Positions 56,174 to 64,000 of a stretch of DNA of 64,000 nt are shown here, piece after piece (position 1 is the stretch's first letter; every line of letters starts with the position of its first letter). Under the pieces are notes generated by a model that was given only the letters and a program-made list of their open reading frames with translations, made no database searches and was not told the origin of the DNA. Location of the stretch: contig DJMA01000041.1 in the NCBI GenBank assembly GCA_002436415.1, positions 36,410-100,409 on the forward strand, written 5' to 3'. Source of the DNA: Bdellovibrionaceae bacterium UBA6502 (GTDB lineage Bacteria > Bdellovibrionota > Bdellovibrionia > Bdellovibrionales > UBA840). The position numbers were made by a program, and so were the translations under genes.

Positions 56174-57931
56174 ATGAAGACTGTGGCTCTACTGTTTTTT
56201 TTGTTGTGTTCCCTAAAAGTAATGGCTCAGATGGATGAAAAGATCTTTGTTTTTGGCGAGGATACTTTTCAGAAATCAATGCATAAATCTAGCTCTCTAA
56301 GAAGCTTTGCGCTTCCAGAGATTGAAAGTAAGCAAAGTCTAGAAAAGCTTTTATCTGGCGAGGCTGCTTTTTCTTTTGCGGAAAGTTCTTTTGGTGGTAG
56401 CAAAAGTCTTTTTGTTCGTGGTGCCGACTCAAAGCATACGGCTTTGGTTCTAGATGGAATTCTTTTAAACGATCCTTCTGATCCCAACGATCGTTTTGAC
56501 TTTTCAAATTTGAGTCTAAGTGGCTTAGAAAGAGTTGAGGTCTATAAAGGAAACTATAGCAATATTTATTCACCCTCGAGTATCGGTGGTTTAGTGCTGC
56601 TGTATAGTAGGCAAGAGGCAAAGGATCAAAAAATAAGTCTCGCCAGAGGATCAGATAATCTGTTTCGTTTTAAAAGTTTTAATTCTTTTACCAAAGAGAA
56701 TTGGAACACATGGCTCTCATTGGATCATTTTAGTAGTGATGGAATTTCTGTTAAAGGGGATCGCGACTCTGGTTATGAAAAAGATCCCTTTAGAAAACAG
56801 CAAGTTTTTGCGAGAACAAATTACCGATTTAATGAAGTGACGAGTTTATCTTTTCTTTTTAGGCATTTTGTAAATCAGGCAGAGACAGATAGTAGTGATG
56901 GTGATGATCAATACGACTTTGTCGATTACGATTCTGATCTTTATCATTTGGTGTTTCAAAAAAATCGTTTTCGAGTTGGAACAGGAGTTTATCAAAGTGA
57001 TCGAGAAAGTCTTTTTTCTGCAAGGAAATATACAGTTGCCACAGACAAGACTTATGCTTTTATCGATCAAAAGCTTAGATTTACAGAAACCGCAGATATA
57101 TCTTATCGATTTGAGCTAGATGCTGCTCAGATTAAAATCTCAAGTTTGTCAGAAGACAAAAAACAATCTCATCAAGCCTTTTCTTTTTTATATGAGCAAG
57201 ATCTCAATAATAGTTTATTTGTAAGCTTTGCCCCACGAGTTGATCATTATGAAGATGTTGATACCAATTACACGGCGGCATTTTTGTTTGGAAAAAAGCA
57301 TAGTTTTTGGGAAGTGGGTATTGGTTTAAGACGAGCAGCTAAAGCACCTAGTCTCTACAACCTTTATGATCCAACTTATGGGAATGTGGATTTAAAACCA
57401 GAATTTTCAGAACAAGTCGAAGTTTATATGAACTATAAAATGGCCAGTCAGTGGGAGTGGGCTGCATCTTTCTATAAGACCAATATCAAAGACCGAATTG
57501 ACACTGATTATTCGAATCCTTACGAAAATACGGGTAGCTATTTGCTATTGGGAGGAGAGATAGAAGTGAAAAAATCTTTTTATAACGGAATCAATTTTCG
57601 TCTATCAGAGGCCTATGTAAATGCTGAGAATCTAGAAACAGGGAAAACACTCTATGGAAGACCAAGAGAGGTTCAGAGCTTGTTTGTAGGTCATACTGTT
57701 AATAAACATTACTATTCATTAGGCTTAAGACATGAGAAGGGGATAGTTTCCTATGGCGACATTCTATTAGATGATTTTGTGTTGGTCGATTTTAACTACC
57801 AATACCAGCTGGGAAAAAATGCTAAGTTAAATTTTGAGATAGCTAATCTATTGAACCAACACTATCAACGAGTTGCTAATTTTAACTCTAGGGCCCGTAA
57901 CTATTTGTTGGAATACTCTGTCTCTTATTAG
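56174..57931 (+). CDS. btuB: TonB-dependent outer membrane receptor, BtuB-like (cobalamin/corrinoid)
   Basis: Signal peptide, plug-domain motifs (SLFVRGADSKHTALVLDGILLNDPS, ERVEVYKG) and a beta-barrel ending in an aromatic residue (YSVSY). Directly controlled by the B12 riboswitch. Confidence 0.8.
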   Translation: MKTVALLFFLLCSLKVMAQMDEKIFVFGEDTFQKSMHKSSSLRSFALPEIESKQSLEKLLSGEAAFSFAESSFGGSKSLFVRGADSKHTALVLDGILLNDPSDPNDRFDFSNLSLSGLERVEVYKGNYSNIYSPSSIGGLVLLYSRQEAKDQKISLARGSDNLFRFKSFNSFTKENWNTWLSLDHFSSDGISVKGDRDSGYEKDPFRKQQVFARTNYRFNEVTSLSFLFRHFVNQAETDSSDGDDQYDFVDYDSDLYHLVFQKNRFRVGTGVYQSDRESLFSARKYTVATDKTYAFIDQKLRFTETADISYRFELDAAQIKISSLSEDKKQSHQAFSFLYEQDLNNSLFVSFAPRVDHYEDVDTNYTAAFLFGKKHSFWEVGIGLRRAAKAPSLYNLYDPTYGNVDLKPEFSEQVEVYMNYKMASQWEWAASFYKTNIKDRIDTDYSNPYENTGSYLLLGGEIEVKKSFYNGINFRLSEAYVNAENLETGKTLYGRPREVQSLFVGHTVNKHYYSLGLRHEKGIVSYGDILLDDFVLVDFNYQYQLGKNAKLNFEIANLLNQHYQRVANFNSRARNYLLEYSVSY

Positions 57932-58056
57932 GCGTTAGTCTAGAAATAAAACTAGATCTTAGCTATTACGAGCTAATTGTTTAACAAAGCCTTTAAAAAA
58001 CCTAAAGCGTCTTAATTTAAGTCATAATTTGACCGATATAAAATTGAGGAAAAATT

Positions 58057-58974
58057 ATGGGTGCTGAACAGTATGAAGATGAATTTGATGTAGGAAAATA
58101 CCGGGTCGTAAAGCGAACGATACTGCTGGTTGATGACAGTGAAAAGATCCTTCGGCTTTTGGAACGTTCTCTACGTTCTGATTTTGATATCATTCCCGTA
58201 ATTGACCCCACAGATGCAATTCCTTTGGCAGAAAATTTTGTACCAGACTTGGTATTATTAGATGTCCATATTCCAAACATTGATGGTTTCGAGTTATTAA
58301 AGAGGTTCTCTGAACATCCAGTTACCATGGATGTACCAGTGATTATGTTTTCAGGGGATGACGACCCAAAAGTTAAAGAATTGGCTTATGAATATGGCGC
58401 ATCGGGTTTCTTAACAAAACCATTTAACTACAAAACCATTGGTGCCAGTATTTTTAGTGTGCTCGATGGACTAAACTCTGTGATTGAGAATGAAGATACA
58501 CAAAGGGCTTTTTACACTTACTTTAACTCAAAAATGAAAAACCAATCTTTAAAAAATATTTTGCTACAGCACCAGATTGAAGATGAAAAAGTGATTCTTC
58601 TTTCTTGGCTACCAGCAGATAAAGTCATTGGTGAGTTAGAAGAAGACATGGTGACAGAGAATAAACTAATATTTTTACAGTTTAAATCTAGTCTCATTGT
58701 GAAGTTTCCTTATCTGCAAGATTTATCAATTATTTTGGCCGAGATTGCACTACTAGCCAAAGAAGAGAGTCTTTCAGACTACCAACTGATTATAGATGAG
58801 CCTAGGCATTTGATGAATCTGTATAAATCAGAATCAGCCCTTTCGCAGGCCATGGCCCTATCGAATGTGTTGTATGGAGTGTTTAAAAAAGTTACTTTTT
58901 TAAATTCCAAACTTCATGACCCAGCCTACACCGCTAATCTACAAAAACTAGGGCGGGTGCTGCTTGGATACTAA
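58057..58974 (+). CDS. Response regulator receiver protein with uncharacterised ~180-aa C-terminal domain
   Basis: Canonical receiver: LLVDDSE, phospho-acceptor in LVLLDVHIPNIDG, MFSG, LTKPF. No HTH, GGDEF, EAL or PilZ motif is visible in the C-terminal half. Confidence 0.8.
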   Translation: MGAEQYEDEFDVGKYRVVKRTILLVDDSEKILRLLERSLRSDFDIIPVIDPTDAIPLAENFVPDLVLLDVHIPNIDGFELLKRFSEHPVTMDVPVIMFSGDDDPKVKELAYEYGASGFLTKPFNYKTIGASIFSVLDGLNSVIENEDTQRAFYTYFNSKMKNQSLKNILLQHQIEDEKVILLSWLPADKVIGELEEDMVTENKLIFLQFKSSLIVKFPYLQDLSIILAEIALLAKEESLSDYQLIIDEPRHLMNLYKSESALSQAMALSNVLYGVFKKVTFLNSKLHDPAYTANLQKLGRVLLGY

Positions 58975-60271
58975 GGACGAATCCCTCAATAAATATATTA
59001 TTAACATCGTTCTTCTGTTTTTTTTCGGAGTGGTTTTCTCTTTATATCTTTTTTATTCTCCTGAGACCTGGAAGTATAAAGGCTTTGGGAATGTTTTAGT
59101 CACCTTAATGTTAGGCTACTTGGTTTTTACCTTTATTAGAACCGTTGTATATTTGGTTTTTTCTTTTCTAAATTTCATTTATGTAAAACGAATCACAAGG
59201 CCTAAAAATCATCCTTTAATAAGTATTATAGTCCCTGGTTATAATGAGGAAAAAGTAATTTCAACGGCCATCAAGTCCTTAATACAAATGGATTATCCTA
59301 ATTTTGAAATTTTGGTTGTCGACGATGGAAGTAAGGATGATATGTTCCTTGTAGCTAAAGAGTATGAAGATGATCGAAGAGTACGAGTGATCAAAAAAAT
59401 TAATGGTGGTAAATCTTCAGCTCTGAACCGAGGAATAAGCGAGGCTCTAGGGGAGTTTGTGCTTTGTATGGATGCCGATAGTAAACTAGATAAAGGGGTG
59501 TTATTCAAGGCAATGGCCTTTTTTGAAGCAGATCCAAAATTAGCAGCTTTAGCCGGTAATGTGGTGGTTGGAAATGGAAAAAATCTTTTAACCAAGTTTC
59601 AAAAATTAGAATACGTGACAGGACTTAATTTCTACAAATCGGCTCAAAGTTATTTAGGGATTGTTAATATCGTACCCGGGCCAATAGGGGTTTTTCGAAA
59701 AAGTGTTTTACATAAAATTGGTGGTTATAAGGAAGACTCTTTTGCGGAAGATTGTGATTTGACTATGCGAATATTGTTTAATGGTTACTCAGTTAGATAC
59801 TGTCCAGAGCTTTATGCTGTTACTGAGGCACCTGAAGAGTTTCAAGAGTTGGTAAAACAACGCTATCGCTGGAGCAGAGGGGTATTGCAGGCTATCAATT
59901 TACAAATCTCAACAGTATTTAGCGAAAAATTTTCTATTCGTAATTTATTGATTTTGGGAGTGGCCTATATTGAGTCTGTTATAATTCCAATTTTAAATTT
60001 CCTTTTTGCGATCAGTACACTTTTTTACGCTTTGATGTTTGATAGCACACAGTTGATGGGTAGCTATTTTGTTGGACTCACGCTTTTAGATGTGAGCTTG
60101 GCTGCTTATTCTGTTTATACCGAAAAACATGTGGCAAGTTTGGTTCTTTTATCGGTTGTTAATCGCTTGAGTTTTGGTTTATCTATGGAGGTCGTACGCT
60201 TTTTTGCAATGTTAGACGAGCTTTTAAAGGTCCCTATGACTTGGGGTACATTGATTCGAAAGGGGCTTTAG
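58964..60271 (+). CDS. Processive family-2 glycosyltransferase (PgaC/IcaA/BcsA-like exopolysaccharide synthase)
   Basis: TTG start. N-terminal TMs, then ISIIVPGYNEE, VVDDGSKD, CMDAD and QRYRWSRG (D,D,D,QxxRW), then at least three C-terminal TMs. 435 aa. Confidence 0.85.
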   Translation: MDTKDESLNKYIINIVLLFFFGVVFSLYLFYSPETWKYKGFGNVLVTLMLGYLVFTFIRTVVYLVFSFLNFIYVKRITRPKNHPLISIIVPGYNEEKVISTAIKSLIQMDYPNFEILVVDDGSKDDMFLVAKEYEDDRRVRVIKKINGGKSSALNRGISEALGEFVLCMDADSKLDKGVLFKAMAFFEADPKLAALAGNVVVGNGKNLLTKFQKLEYVTGLNFYKSAQSYLGIVNIVPGPIGVFRKSVLHKIGGYKEDSFAEDCDLTMRILFNGYSVRYCPELYAVTEAPEEFQELVKQRYRWSRGVLQAINLQISTVFSEKFSIRNLLILGVAYIESVIIPILNFLFAISTLFYALMFDSTQLMGSYFVGLTLLDVSLAAYSVYTEKHVASLVLLSVVNRLSFGLSMEVVRFFAMLDELLKVPMTWGTLIRKGL

Positions 60272-62362
60272 ATGGAACTCAGGCAGATATTCAATGTATT
60301 CTTATTAGCCTTAATTCTGACAACGGTGATCAGTACCCTGGTGGTTTACTTAGTTTTTAAATTTCGCCAAGGCATACAGGTAGTAAGGCAAAAAGAAGTG
60401 GAGCTTGAGGGAGAGTTTTTCCGACGTCATGCTCCTCACCTTGTTGAAGAGTATTTACGAGAAGAGGCTGAACTAGAAAAAACTAGAGTAAAGAGATACT
60501 TTTCTGCGCATAAATCTAAGTGGTTAGTTGTTTCTTTGTTTCTTTTGATCGTATTGTTTTTAAGCGTTGAAAACTATTTGCATTACCGCAATACCTTAAT
60601 TGAAAGACAAACCAATGCGGAGGAATACTTAGATCTTCTTAAAGGTGGGTTGTTGAAAAAACATCCATTTTTGCCAAATAAGATAGTTAAAACACCATTG
60701 GATAACTTTAGCTACCAAAAAAGTGCATACGCCAAATTTTTAGGGAAAAAATTTAAGTCTAAAAAATTTGTTTTGATAGAAAGCTTTAGAGCAAAAGCGA
60801 ATAAAGCTTCGAAGCACTCTTTGGCTCTAAAAAACTGGCTAGAGTTTTGTAAAAGAAACTCTTTAAACTGTAGCACTGAAAACATTCGACAGTTTGTTCC
60901 GGATAAAACAAAACTTTATATTTTACCAAATGTGGATCAGCTTTCTGAGTTTGAACGAGTACAGATTGTTCCTCTGATGGAAGAAGGACACAAGGTTCTT
61001 TTTACCGGGGCGATTGGTGTTTATAACGGTTTACAAAAAGAGAGTGGAACTTGGTTTTTACAAAGTTACTTACCGGAAACTAGTTTTAAGTTTCGACAAA
61101 GTGACAGAAGTGCTTATTCTAGTAAATTCTCTTTTAGTAATAGGGACTACTATTTCTTACCAGCTGCCTTGCAACTTGATTGGCGACCTTTAAATGAGGA
61201 ATTTTACGTGCTTTCTGAGAGTTTGGGGAAAAGCGTTTTTGCCAGTGACTTTCGAGGAAACAAGTACATTGAGGGAGCGATGTTTGAAATTCGATCTCGG
61301 CGAGTTTCTGCGGATGCTTTGTGGCTGAATCTAGATGCGCTTAGTGATTATCAGCTCGAAAGAAATGAGTTATTAAATTACACCGATGAATTTTTATTAC
61401 AAAGCCTTGCTCAGTTTTATACCGACAAAGTACGTCCAATGAAATGGAAGTATGGCGCAGATGTTGTAGGTTTATTGAATCTTGTCTCAGAGGACCAGTT
61501 TTTAAAAATGAATCCTTTGATTAAAGTATTAAAAGATTTAGACATGCCATTTACTTGGTTTACTCAAGCATTAAGTTATGAGGGACAGTATAGCCAATTA
61601 AAACACGAAGTATTAGATAAGCTAGATTATGAGTTAGCATTGAGTAATTTTGATTCTAGTCGCTTTCAAGATCTTAATTTTACCTCAGCCTTTGATAAAA
61701 TAGAATCGGGCAGATTATTGCTAGAACGCAAGCACAAAAAAGTAATTAATGGTTTTAAACCCTCTGAGTTTTATTTTGATGAAAAACTATTTTCTGCGGC
61801 AGAACAAAACGGTCTTAACTATATAGTTTCTTCTTATTATAACTATACCAGTGAGCCAATTTATATTGAAGCGGATGAAATTAGTCTTCTTAGTACAAAA
61901 GGTCTTTTAGATCTGGATTTAGTAAGAGATCCTAATTTGGTGAAGCCCGAAGATTTAAACTCCATCACTCAAGAATTTTATAACAAATCTATGGCCTCAG
62001 AGGCTCCTTTTCAAATTTACTTTCATACTCACGTTTTTGGTGAAGACAATTATAGACAATTTGCTGAGCATTTAATTCGTAGGGTGAAACTTCTTAAAAA
62101 TGTCTGGTGGACCAAAAACAATAATATGGTGGAATGGCAAAAGAGTCTGTCTTTTGTTGATTATTGGATCGATGAAAGTGGTAATCTTGAGATCGTTAAT
62201 AATTCTTCAAAGGACATCGAGGCTCTTAGTTTTCTTGTGGATCACAAGTGGAAGTCTGAAAAACTCGAAGCTATAGAAATTTCTCCAGGTAAGTACAGCT
62301 TGGATATACCTGTACTTGGTGCCGGAGAGATTATTTTGTTTTCTAGAACGAATGAGAGATAG
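60272..62362 (+). CDS. Membrane-anchored large extracytoplasmic protein (possible divergent polysaccharide-modifying enzyme)
   Basis: The ATG directly follows the synthase stop. Two N-terminal TMs precede a ~600-aa soluble region. Segments around 61.45-62.05 kb (LVSEDQ..., GFKPSEFYFD, YFHTHVFGED) loosely recall NodB-type deacetylase motifs. Function not established. Confidence 0.5.
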   Translation: MELRQIFNVFLLALILTTVISTLVVYLVFKFRQGIQVVRQKEVELEGEFFRRHAPHLVEEYLREEAELEKTRVKRYFSAHKSKWLVVSLFLLIVLFLSVENYLHYRNTLIERQTNAEEYLDLLKGGLLKKHPFLPNKIVKTPLDNFSYQKSAYAKFLGKKFKSKKFVLIESFRAKANKASKHSLALKNWLEFCKRNSLNCSTENIRQFVPDKTKLYILPNVDQLSEFERVQIVPLMEEGHKVLFTGAIGVYNGLQKESGTWFLQSYLPETSFKFRQSDRSAYSSKFSFSNRDYYFLPAALQLDWRPLNEEFYVLSESLGKSVFASDFRGNKYIEGAMFEIRSRRVSADALWLNLDALSDYQLERNELLNYTDEFLLQSLAQFYTDKVRPMKWKYGADVVGLLNLVSEDQFLKMNPLIKVLKDLDMPFTWFTQALSYEGQYSQLKHEVLDKLDYELALSNFDSSRFQDLNFTSAFDKIESGRLLLERKHKKVINGFKPSEFYFDEKLFSAAEQNGLNYIVSSYYNYTSEPIYIEADEISLLSTKGLLDLDLVRDPNLVKPEDLNSITQEFYNKSMASEAPFQIYFHTHVFGEDNYRQFAEHLIRRVKLLKNVWWTKNNNMVEWQKSLSFVDYWIDESGNLEIVNNSSKDIEALSFLVDHKWKSEKLEAIEISPGKYSLDIPVLGAGEIILFSRTNER

Positions 62363-63293
62363 CCAATTGTGTTGAATCCTCATTCCAAGATCGGCTGTTA
62401 AATTTTGAGTGAACCAGTTTGATTTCACTGTGTCCTCTTTTTCCGTAACTCATGTCGAAGTAAAGTCCATTTGACTCTAACCAATCAAGTTCTTCTTCCT
62501 TAGACTGTCCATAGGACATGGCTAAGCTTATACTTACCGGAATACTTTGTAAGTCTTGAGAGGATTCAAAAAACAAACTATGCGATTGTAGTCTTCTTGG
62601 GCTGTAATAGTTTGAACTATTTGTAGAGCTCTCATCATGAGAGAATTCATAACCAAACCAAAACCAACTGATCCACGATTTTAACAAAGGAATCGAGCTA
62701 TTGGCTTGAACAGATTTTTTTTCAACAGAATCACTATAGGAAACATGTTGGAGTTTTAATTTACTTCGACTGGATGAGTTTCTTCTAAAAAGGTTTACTA
62801 AAACTGTATTCTGGGTGATGTTTTGCTCTAGATTATTTTCGCTAGGAATGCTAGCTGATGTGAAGTCTTGTTCAAATACTATTTGATAGCTATAGTCAGA
62901 TTGAAGGCTATGACTTAAAAATAAAGAAGCAAAGTTTTTAGTATTAGATTGTTCAGACTGGTTTTTTAAAGTGGATTGTGTCACTCGCAATTGTGTAAAA
63001 ACATTTTTAAAATACTTACTAATTCCCATACCAAAATTTTCTATGGAAAATGTTTTTTGATTGGCTTTGGATTCAAAATCTTTTTTTGAGTAGATAAACT
63101 GTGGAGAATATTTTGATTTGTCTTCTAATGGGAAGTTCCACAGTGGATCATTGGCTTGACCTTCGATTGTAAAATGAAAGTGCTTTAAATCAAGCTCATC
63201 ATTGAAATTATATTGTTCGTATTTTGAGGAAACATGGCTAGAAAAAAGCTTCAGGGAATAGCTCAGTAAAAGTAAAGCAAAGATAAATTTCAA
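62343..63293 (-). CDS. Secreted beta-barrel-like outer membrane protein candidate
   Basis: The preferred start is TTG 63293 behind GGAGG, giving the signal peptide MKFIFALLLLSYSLKLFS. Alternating-polarity segments and a C-terminal ...LAISHSF (terminal Phe). The 3' end overlaps the convergent gene by 20 nt. Confidence 0.5.
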   Translation of the reverse strand: MKFIFALLLLSYSLKLFSSHVSSKYEQYNFNDELDLKHFHFTIEGQANDPLWNFPLEDKSKYSPQFIYSKKDFESKANQKTFSIENFGMGISKYFKNVFTQLRVTQSTLKNQSEQSNTKNFASLFLSHSLQSDYSYQIVFEQDFTSASIPSENNLEQNITQNTVLVNLFRRNSSSRSKLKLQHVSYSDSVEKKSVQANSSIPLLKSWISWFWFGYEFSHDESSTNSSNYYSPRRLQSHSLFFESSQDLQSIPVSISLAMSYGQSKEEELDWLESNGLYFDMSYGKRGHSEIKLVHSKFNSRSWNEDSTQLAISHSF

Positions 63294-63740
63294 ATTTCCT
63301 CCAAAGTTTCGGTGCTTTGGCTTTATTGTATCGCTCAGGTTTTTGAGGTCTACAAATATCTTTTCTTTATTGGAAACGGATATCAAAATGCTTAGAGTCT
63401 ATACGAAACTGTTTAGAAGAGATTAAAGTTACGAAGTTCAATGAAAACCATAAAGAGCAGGGGATTAACTGATGCCTTAATATCTATGCTTTTTGCGAGT
63501 CTCAGCTTCTGTTTTGAGCCCTTAATCACAGGTCATAGATTTCCTATGATGAGATTGACTTGGCCTCATCTAGGCGATTCTTGTTGCTCCTAGAGGCTGC
63601 AACCTTCTAAGAAAAGACAGCCACTTTAGCTCCCAAATTATTGAAAATGCGTTCGTTAAAACTCTAGACACTGTATCAAATTGAAATCATTAAAATGTAC
63701 GTAATTACAGGTATTTAGACTGTTGGCGCGAAGAAATATC

Positions 63741-63756
63741 TGGCATGAAAATCGCA
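63741..63756 (+). promoter_or_regulatory. Sigma-54 (RpoN) -24/-12 promoter
   Basis: TGGCAT GAAAA TCGCA compared with the consensus TGGCAC N5 TTGCA, with GG and GC correctly spaced. It lies 33 nt upstream of ATG 63789. Confidence 0.65.
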
Positions 63757-63788
63757 ATGAATATATATGAAGTTCTCGGGGGGAGAAT

Positions 63789-64000
63789 ATGAAACAGTCA
63801 AAAATGTTAAGATTTGGAATTTTGTTGGGCTTATTGATTGGCTTAGGAGCTTGTTCGCAAAAAACTGCGATTGATGCTTTAAATGGTGCAGTAGAAGGCT
63901 CTGGGGTTTTCGCCAGTAGAGACGGTGAGGATTTTACCTCGGTTAATCGACCAGATGATAGTGATTGGGGAGCCTATGCTGAGGTTTCAGGAATTGATCA
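63789..64000 (+). CDS. Lipoprotein, 5' part only (runs off the window)
   Basis: ATG behind GGGGGGAG. Signal MKQSKMLRFGILLGLLIGLGAC with lipobox LGAC. The frame is open to nt 64000. It is absent from the ORF track because no stop lies in the window. Confidence 0.6.
   Translation, partial: MKQSKMLRFGILLGLLIGLGACSQKTAIDALNGAVEGSGVFASRDGEDFTSVNRPDDSDWGAYAEVSGID

Noticed and set aside
56007-56279. 90-aa minus-strand ORF upstream of and overlapping the btuB-like start
   Set aside because: It overlaps the cobalamin riboswitch and the receptor's signal-peptide codons. It has no RBS and looks like an artefact of structured RNA.
1-64000. CRISPR arrays, rRNA genes, IS elements, toxin-antitoxin pairs and known defence-system genes
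   Set aside because: By-eye reading of intergenic regions and all ORF translations found no spaced direct repeats, nuclease/helicase/methylase defence signatures or transposase-like ORFs. This was not a computational search.

Overview
Chromosomal window from a low-GC Gram-negative (diderm) bacterium. Gene order and protein signatures look deltaproteobacterial or Bdellovibrionota-like, but that taxonomy is only a guess. No composition statistics were computed. Layout: (i) 1-16 kb is a tightly coupled outer-membrane biogenesis run: prfB with the classic +1 frameshift, lolC/E-lolD, bamA, skp, fabZ, lpxA, a Gfo/Idh/MocA oxidoreductase, lpxB, lpxK, an lpxL-like gene, a DUF3108 lipoprotein and two GT9 genes. 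(ii) 16-26.5 kb holds a pseudo-receiver-PilZ protein, ribF, an AroE-like gene and a colinear pilB-pilT-pilC-pilS-pilR-pilA type IV pilus block. (iii) 26.5-48.2 kb is a large glycan island that starts directly after pilA. It contains three GT-C-like polytopic membrane proteins (two tandem paralogs plus one with STT3/PglB-like motifs), two polyprenol-phosphate-sugar-synthase-like GT2s, a DUF2304-like protein and further GT2s. It also has Nudix-like, formyltransferase-fold and HAD genes around pseI, wzm/wzt, a KpsC/KpsS-like protein, pseF, pseB, pseC and a minus-strand tailoring operon (FemAB-like, methyltransferase, DUF4910). (iv) dnaJ and dnaK follow; dnaJ has a strong sigma-32-like promoter and dnaK only a weak candidate. 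(v) Next are an HD-GYP protein, a GNAT, tRNA-Leu(GAG), a small acidic lipoprotein and an unlisted 57-aa ORF. (vi) A cobalamin riboswitch precedes a BtuB-like receptor. (vii) 58-63.3 kb is a compact synthase-dependent exopolysaccharide-like module: receiver protein, processive GT2, a 696-aa membrane-anchored protein and a convergent beta-barrel-like protein. (viii) A near-consensus sigma-54 promoter and the 5' end of a lipoprotein gene sit at the right edge. I saw no CRISPR array, rRNA, transposase, integrase or phage genes. The best candidate for an undescribed system is the pilA-adjacent periplasmic glycosylation module (26.5-34.1 kb) together with the atypical pseudaminic-acid pathway next to it. 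The noncanonical EPS module at 58-63 kb comes second. All functional calls rest on motif recognition by eye and need profile or structure searches.
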